From assembly GCA_029227035.1 (NCBI GenBank), contig JAQXZD010000028.1, forward strand, positions 79 through 64,078: a DNA stretch of 64,000 nucleotides. Direction: 5' to 3'. The stretch comes from Lachnospiraceae bacterium. GTDB lineage: Bacteria; Bacillota; Clostridia; Lachnospirales; Lachnospiraceae. Shown in pieces: positions 58,716-64,000 of this stretch. The notes under the pieces are model-generated. The model was not told where the DNA came from. It made no database searches and saw nothing but the letters and a program-made list of their open reading frames with translations. A program made the position numbers and the translations under genes. Position 1 is the first letter of the stretch. Each line of letters opens with the position of its first letter.

Positions 58716-59388
58716 GGTATTCACAGATGCCCCAGTAGATTGCACGTGCAAGCTTTTCCTGATAGGCTTCATCAATCAGGTTGGCAGCTTCCGTTTCATT
58801 GGTCAGGAACCCACATTCTACGATAACCGTAGGTGTGGGTGTTTTCTTTAATATGTAATAGTCGTTATTGGACTTGGAAACGCGTGGTTTCGGAGGTTCC
58901 ATAATGGTATTCAGACTGTCCTGGACAATGCCGGCAATCATCTGTCCCTCCGGAGACTGGTCATAGAAAAATACCTGAGGACCGGAAACGGAACTGTCCG
59001 GATAACTGTTCTGATGAATGCTGATGGTCATAATCGGCATGGTTTCTGTAATCAGCGAGACGCGGTTTCGCATATCTTCCACTTTCATATTCTTGGAATT
59101 TTCATCGCACAACGCTTTGTCATCTGTCCGTGTCAGGACTACGCGGAATCCTTTATTTTCAAACAGAGTTTTTAATTTGTAGACAATGGCAAGATTTAAA
59201 TCTTTTTCCAGAATATCGTTGCATCCGACCTTGCCGGGATCTGCACCGCCATGCCCGGCATCCAGCATAATACAAGGTTTGGAAGAGTCGGCTTTTTTGG
59301 AAGAGACAAGGGATGCAGTTGTGCGGGCAAGGAAAAAAGAACTGCAAAGCAGGCAGACCACCATAAACATTTCAAATTTCTTTTTCAT
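58681..59388 (-). CDS. N-acetylmuramoyl-L-alanine amidase (CwlD-like)
   Basis: LDAGHGG.DPG, SIHQNS, GPQVF, IVECGFLTN. Confidence 0.9.
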   Translation of the reverse strand: MKKKFEMFMVVCLLCSSFFLARTTASLVSSKKADSSKPCIMLDAGHGGADPGKVGCNDILEKDLNLAIVYKLKTLFENKGFRVVLTRTDDKALCDENSKNMKVEDMRNRVSLITETMPIMTISIHQNSYPDSSVSGPQVFFYDQSPEGQMIAGIVQDSLNTIMEPPKPRVSKSNNDYYILKKTPTPTVIVECGFLTNETEAANLIDEAYQEKLARAIYWGICEYLTDPQLPEATE

Positions 59389-59471
59389 AAATACCTCTGC
59401 AAAAGGAAATAAAAGCCCCTTGCTTATGGCAAAAGGCTTTTGTAATCGTTAATTCAATTTATGCAGAGATT

Positions 59472-61202
59472 CTAATTAATATACTTGATAATTGTATCCC
59501 AGACATCACTTGTTTCGAAGCCAAGCTTCCAGAAAGAAGCTCCGGCAAGTTTATTCTCATCCATGACCTTAAGTCGTGCTTCTGCGGAAGCGGCATCCTC
59601 CAGCCAGACCTGGTATTTGCTGTTGCCGTCCGTAAATTCCGCGTAATTCTGCCCGCAGTCTTCCTGCCATGTTTTTACGGCACCTTTTGTTGCAAGAAGC
59701 TCATTTGCGGCACGCATGCCATAAATTTGAGAACTTACTTCATAAGCGGTATCGGTGTCTGCATCTGCACTGTCTGCATTTTCATCTTCCGGGGTAAGCG
59801 CCCAGACTCTTGTATAAAAAGGCATACCCAGAATCACCTGTTCGGCAGGAACTTCCTTGAGGGTATCGGCAACGCCCTGCTTTACCCAGTTCAGGGAAGA
59901 AACCGAACCGGCATCGGAACCGGCATAGTGCTCGTCATAGCCCATAATCACAACATAATCCGCAAAGTTTGCCTGTTCAGCCCGATTATAAAAGGAAGTA
60001 TATTCGGTTGGAACGTAGTTATCAATGGAAAGGACAATACCATTATTTGCACATTTAATGGAAAGTTCACGTACCATCTGAATATAGGAATCTCCAACTT
60101 CTTCCCGGTTTAAGGCTTCAAAATCAAGGTTGATTCCATCCAGATTATACTGAATGGCCATGGAGATAATCTGATTCACAAGATTCTGCCGCTTGGAAGT
60201 ATGCGTCAGAACTTCGGTGCTGTCCGCATCCTTATTCTCAAGATTACTTACCAGTGCCCAGACCTCTACGCCCTGTGAGTGACAATAATTGACGTAATCA
60301 AGACTGGCAAGGTTGGCAAGGTTTCCGTCATTGTCATTCAGATAAAACCATGTAGGCGAAATGACATTGATTCCTTTTGTGCCGGAGAGAACAGAAGAGA
60401 CAGCAGCGTTGGCGGACTGGTTGGTAACCTGATGCCATGCCATGCAAATCTCAAAGTCCTTCTTAATATGTGCAAAGGTGTCCGGCTGAAAATCGCTTTT
60501 TCGTGTTTTGGTTTCACCGGCAGAGAGATTACGGTTCTGCAGATAACCGATAATTCCATCGTCGGTCATAACCTTTGTCCAGTTATCCCCCTTTTCGATT
60601 ACGGTAACTTCGGTCTTGGCCTTCTCCGACTTCAGGATGGGGCTTTTGATGCCGCCCTTTACACGGATATTGGAATCTTTCTTCAGAGAAGCAACTTCAT
60701 ATTCGCCCCATTGGTTGGTGATGACAATGCGGTGCGGATTATCAATATACTTATAAGTAAAATCAGAGTATTGCTTTGCAAAATCCAAATCCACATAGGC
60801 AGAATCGGAGTTGGCTTTTACTACGGGACGACCGTAATCCACGGAGGATTTGGTAATCAGATAGGTGCTGCTGTCTGCCGTGGCGGTGATTAAATCCTGA
60901 GAGGTAGCATAAAGCAGGACATTCTCATTATGATCCCAGTAAAATCTGTTATTGATATAGTCATGCAGGAATTGGTAATCAATGTATACATGACCATCTA
61001 TTACAATCGCTTTTGCTTCATTGATTTCATTATTAAGAACAATGGCAACTTCATCGTTGGAAGTAACACCATAATAGCTGTTCAGATCCTGATGCTCTCT
61101 GCTTGGGGTGTATTTTTGAATCAGGGAAACCACTCCCATGACTGCAACGATTATTACAATCAAAACGCAGACAACTAATATCGGTAATGCTTTTTTCTTC
61201 AT
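59472..61202 (-). CDS. Glycoside hydrolase family 18 protein with SH3 domain
   Basis: ISPTWF, LDGINLDFE catalytic motif, MGYDEH, LGMPFY; N-terminal anchor. Confidence 0.9.
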   Translation of the reverse strand: MKKKALPILVVCVLIVIIVAVMGVVSLIQKYTPSREHQDLNSYYGVTSNDEVAIVLNNEINEAKAIVIDGHVYIDYQFLHDYINNRFYWDHNENVLLYATSQDLITATADSSTYLITKSSVDYGRPVVKANSDSAYVDLDFAKQYSDFTYKYIDNPHRIVITNQWGEYEVASLKKDSNIRVKGGIKSPILKSEKAKTEVTVIEKGDNWTKVMTDDGIIGYLQNRNLSAGETKTRKSDFQPDTFAHIKKDFEICMAWHQVTNQSANAAVSSVLSGTKGINVISPTWFYLNDNDGNLANLASLDYVNYCHSQGVEVWALVSNLENKDADSTEVLTHTSKRQNLVNQIISMAIQYNLDGINLDFEALNREEVGDSYIQMVRELSIKCANNGIVLSIDNYVPTEYTSFYNRAEQANFADYVVIMGYDEHYAGSDAGSVSSLNWVKQGVADTLKEVPAEQVILGMPFYTRVWALTPEDENADSADADTDTAYEVSSQIYGMRAANELLATKGAVKTWQEDCGQNYAEFTDGNSKYQVWLEDAASAEARLKVMDENKLAGASFWKLGFETSDVWDTIIKYIN

Positions 61203-61310
61203 ATGTTATATCCTTCCTTTGGAACTTCTGTTTCTTCATTTTACCACACATTCAGATTATAGCATTGTAACAGGATAGTTTCAAATAAAATGATACAATC
61301 GGAATAAAAT

Positions 61311-61353
61311 GGGAACCGGCACATTTTCATACCGGTTCCCGGTTCTCTTTTTT
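61311..61353. terminator. Terminator-like hairpin
   Basis: GGGAACCGG...CCGGTTCCC with nearby T/A runs. Confidence 0.6.
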
Positions 61354-61448
61354 CATTTTTATCAGGGGGATGAGTGTTTATGCATTGAGACTCCCAACCC
61401 ATCTGACAATTCCCAATCATTTTAAATTTAAGTTGATAAGTTACATAA

Positions 61449-61577
61449 TTACAATGTTTCCAAATCGGAAGCAGTGTATGTGTTATTTGTTACACCGGTA
61501 ATTGTAATAAGAAATCCCCGGTGTTCTTCTGATCCAAATGTGATCAGAAACTGATCGTGATAATCTACTATTGTGAT
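61449..61577 (-). CDS. Putative 42-aa small protein with non-canonical ATC start
   Basis: AAAGGAG RBS inside the end of the upstream gene, 7 nt before ATC; frame open to TAA. Confidence 0.35.
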   Translation of the reverse strand: MTIVDYHDQFLITFGSEEHRGFLITITGVTNNTYTASDLETL

Positions 61578-61579
61578 AA

Positions 61580-62176
61580 CTATTCTCCTTTCATAATCTG
61601 CTCAAAGAAACTGAACTTCTTAGAGGTAATGTAAAACGGATCTTCGAGGTAAGGCATGGGAACCGCGTGAATCCCATAAAGTTTTGAAAGCCGCTCATAG
61701 TCTTTTTTATTTCCACCCATTCCAATTATTTTCATATGATCCCATGATATATGGTATCTTTGTAGTTGCAGAGCGAACTTCTCAAGTTGCGGATCCTTCC
61801 ATATACTTACATTCATGAGCAGAAGCTTCCGGTTGCATCGGATGAATTCCGGCAACATATAGGAAGTAGGACACCCAAAATCCAGAATGCAGTGTTGATA
61901 TTGTTGCCTGTCGGATTCAGACAGCCTGCGTATAGTCATGTCCGGATAGTAGATAATACCCTGATGGCGAAAGGATGCAGTCGAATCCGCTTTTTTGGAA
62001 AGCATATGGATTTCGTGACTTGCATTTACTTCATAATAAGCCGTCTTTGATAAATATCTGCTATGCAAATAATTGGACAGCGCAATACACAGATGCGTTA
62101 CACCAACATTGGCGGAAGTCCCACAGACTCCTATTTCTGCAGGAGCCGGAAAAAAGGGTTTCTTAAGTGAAAAAAT
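61580..62176 (-). CDS. Degenerate P-loop (ParA/MinD-like) domain protein; start probably ATT 62176
   Basis: Frame open upstream of the listed TTG and encodes IGVCGTSANVGVTHLCIALSNYL, matching the kinase's second domain; ILDFG motif. Confidence 0.7.
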   Translation of the reverse strand: MFSLKKPFFPAPAEIGVCGTSANVGVTHLCIALSNYLHSRYLSKTAYYEVNASHEIHMLSKKADSTASFRHQGIIYYPDMTIRRLSESDRQQYQHCILDFGCPTSYMLPEFIRCNRKLLLMNVSIWKDPQLEKFALQLQRYHISWDHMKIIGMGGNKKDYERLSKLYGIHAVPMPYLEDPFYITSKKFSFFEQIMKGE

Positions 62177-63492
62177 AAGCGGTTCCTTCCTTTCTCTAAA
62201 GACAGCCAGTGGACAAAGTCCCGTTTTCGTTTGTCGGCATGGAATATTTCCGTATCATAGAAATAGGAATATACCGGCATGGAAAATTTTCTGGCAAAAA
62301 ATACGGCAGAATGATGATCACACAGATTGGCAATGACACAGAGACGATCCCTGAATTGGTTAAGAAGATAGTCTTCAGGCTTTGCATCGTCACGATGCCA
62401 GATTGCCCCGCCGCAGACATAAAGAATTTTATCTGCAGTTGCAAGGTTGGCAGAGCAATAATTGCATCCGTAATCTTCAATGATTACCTCTGCATCCGGT
62501 GTCGGAATTTCGATGCCTTCATCGTATTTCGGGCAGCCTCTGAAACCATGATTGTAATAACAGCCATCCCGCTCCCATACATGTTCCATCTGCATAACGG
62601 CTTTACGCAGACAGTTTCCGGAATTGCGTTCCAGATAAACTGCGTCCATGCCGAGATGGTTCATTGCGGTCGCAAGAGAAAGTGCAATGTGTGTACATCC
62701 GCAGCCCGGATGACTTCCGAGAACTGCGATGGTCTGCCTGAGATGCGTTTCGCCCATGTTTTTTCCTGTTTTTTGTATAGCGGCAGAGAGTTCTTCCACG
62801 GTCTGATACCGTTTTGTCGGCTCTGCATGGATTGCTTTTTGGATAATAGGCTGAATACTTCGGGTTAATGAGGCATCAAGGTAACAGGACATGAATTCCA
62901 TAATTTTCCCGATACTGTAAATATCCGATGCCAACGTGACTTCTTCTGAATCGTAAAGCTCAGGTGCCGAGAAATCACAATTGCCGAAGCGGTTGAAGTC
63001 ATTTCCAGAGCTGGTAATAAATGAAGCAACATTAAAGTCGATTAATTTAATCTGTAATCCACATACTATAATGTGTTCCGGTTTCAGATCCTGATACAGA
63101 ATCGGTGACGGTCGCAAAGTGTGCAGATAAGAAAAAATATCACATAGCTGCTCACAAAATTTTAAAAATAAATTCTGGGAAATTGACTGTTGATGAAGCA
63201 AAAAAGCTTCCAAAGAATCACCCTGTATATATTCTTCCACCAGATAGTAATACGATTCATCTTCTTCAAAATCAAATATGGTGGGAATTCCCGGGTGTTG
63301 AACTGACTTTAGAATCTGTGCTTCTGAAATTGCGAAGCCTGAAAGCGTGTCTGTTTTGGGGAAACGTTTGATGGCACGATCCAGCTTCAAAGATTGCTGT
63401 CTGGCTAAATAGACACTTCCGCTCTGCCCCTGGCCAAGAGGTCTTATAAGCTCGTATCTGCCGGACAAAATAAAATTGTTATAATTTGTCAT
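62131..63492 (-). CDS. Hanks-type Ser/Thr kinase fused to a ParA/MinD-like P-loop domain
   Basis: GQGQSG, AIK, YQDLKPEH, DFN, APE, SDIYSIG; then IAVLGSHPGCGCTHIALSLA; RBS AGGAG before ATG 63492. Confidence 0.88.
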   Translation of the reverse strand: MTNYNNFILSGRYELIRPLGQGQSGSVYLARQQSLKLDRAIKRFPKTDTLSGFAISEAQILKSVQHPGIPTIFDFEEDESYYYLVEEYIQGDSLEAFLLHQQSISQNLFLKFCEQLCDIFSYLHTLRPSPILYQDLKPEHIIVCGLQIKLIDFNVASFITSSGNDFNRFGNCDFSAPELYDSEEVTLASDIYSIGKIMEFMSCYLDASLTRSIQPIIQKAIHAEPTKRYQTVEELSAAIQKTGKNMGETHLRQTIAVLGSHPGCGCTHIALSLATAMNHLGMDAVYLERNSGNCLRKAVMQMEHVWERDGCYYNHGFRGCPKYDEGIEIPTPDAEVIIEDYGCNYCSANLATADKILYVCGGAIWHRDDAKPEDYLLNQFRDRLCVIANLCDHHSAVFFARKFSMPVYSYFYDTEIFHADKRKRDFVHWLSLEKGRNRLFFHLRNPFFRLLQK

Positions 63493-63692
63493 ACGCTCCT
63501 TTGGGTTGGAAACGCATCTCATGCATAAACTTATAGCACATGTAATTTTGAAATGCAAGCATTTTTTTTAAAAATTTTTTTTACAAATATTTTATAAGTT
63601 CTAAACTTTACAAGACATGGGCAGTTGATTATAATAATATCTGTTCAAAAAATGTACTTACAAGAGATTTTTAAGGTAAGGATGTGATTGTA

Positions 63693-64000
63693 ATGAAAAT
63701 TGAAAAAGTAAATGAAAATCAGATCCGCTGTACATTGACGAAGCAGGATCTGGCGGACCGGCAGATTAATCTGCGGGAGCTGGCATATGGTTCTGAAAAG
63801 GCAAAAATATTATTTCAGGATATGATACAACAGGCCAATTATGAGTTTGGCTTTGAGGTAAATGATATACCGCTGATGGTAGAGGCGATTCCGTTGTCTT
63901 CGGAATCCCTGATTCTGCTGATTACAAAGGTAGAATATCCGGAAGAACTGGACACACGTTTTTCCAATTTTTCCGAGCCGGATGAGGATGAGATTTTTTA
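63693..64000 (+). CDS. mecA: Adaptor protein MecA (runs off the window end)
   Basis: MKIEKVNENQIRCTLTKQDLADRQINLRELAYGSEKAK. Confidence 0.9.
   Translation, partial: MKIEKVNENQIRCTLTKQDLADRQINLRELAYGSEKAKILFQDMIQQANYEFGFEVNDIPLMVEAIPLSSESLILLITKVEYPEELDTRFSNFSEPDEDEIF

Overview
Chromosomal segment of a Firmicute, most likely Lachnospiraceae (inferred from gene content and order). 1-21.2 kb is accessory-type: regulators, a RelB antitoxin with an internally deleted toxin, two serine hydrolases, a lantibiotic-immunity-like ABC transporter with a two-component system, a LytTR/DUF3021 system, AraC-MATE, XRE-YhfC and DUF2268-MerR. No integrase or transposase is visible. 21.2-64 kb is mostly core: THF riboswitch-folT, tRNA-Lys, trmB, dac, the yaaO-yaaR-holB-yaaT-yabB cluster, an orphan dnaK paralog, CIRCE-controlled tandem hsp20 genes, amidases, an aconitase-like hydratase, glgB, GH18 and mecA. 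The most notable unexplained signals are five. (1) Two families of ~200-bp non-coding elements bounded by terminal inverted repeats, with conserved hairpins; family A shows compensatory changes and flanks the hsp20 pair in inverted orientation. (2) An AbiE-like pair with a catalytically eroded toxin attached to a housekeeping operon, opposite an ArgR-like gene. (3) An atypical Ser/Thr kinase fused to a P-loop domain, followed by ORFs that need non-canonical starts or a -1 frameshift. (4) A guanylate-kinase-like gene in the usual tmk position. (5) A barrel-less mini-amidohydrolase behind an ANTAR-like terminator. All calls are from manual reading; no searches were run.
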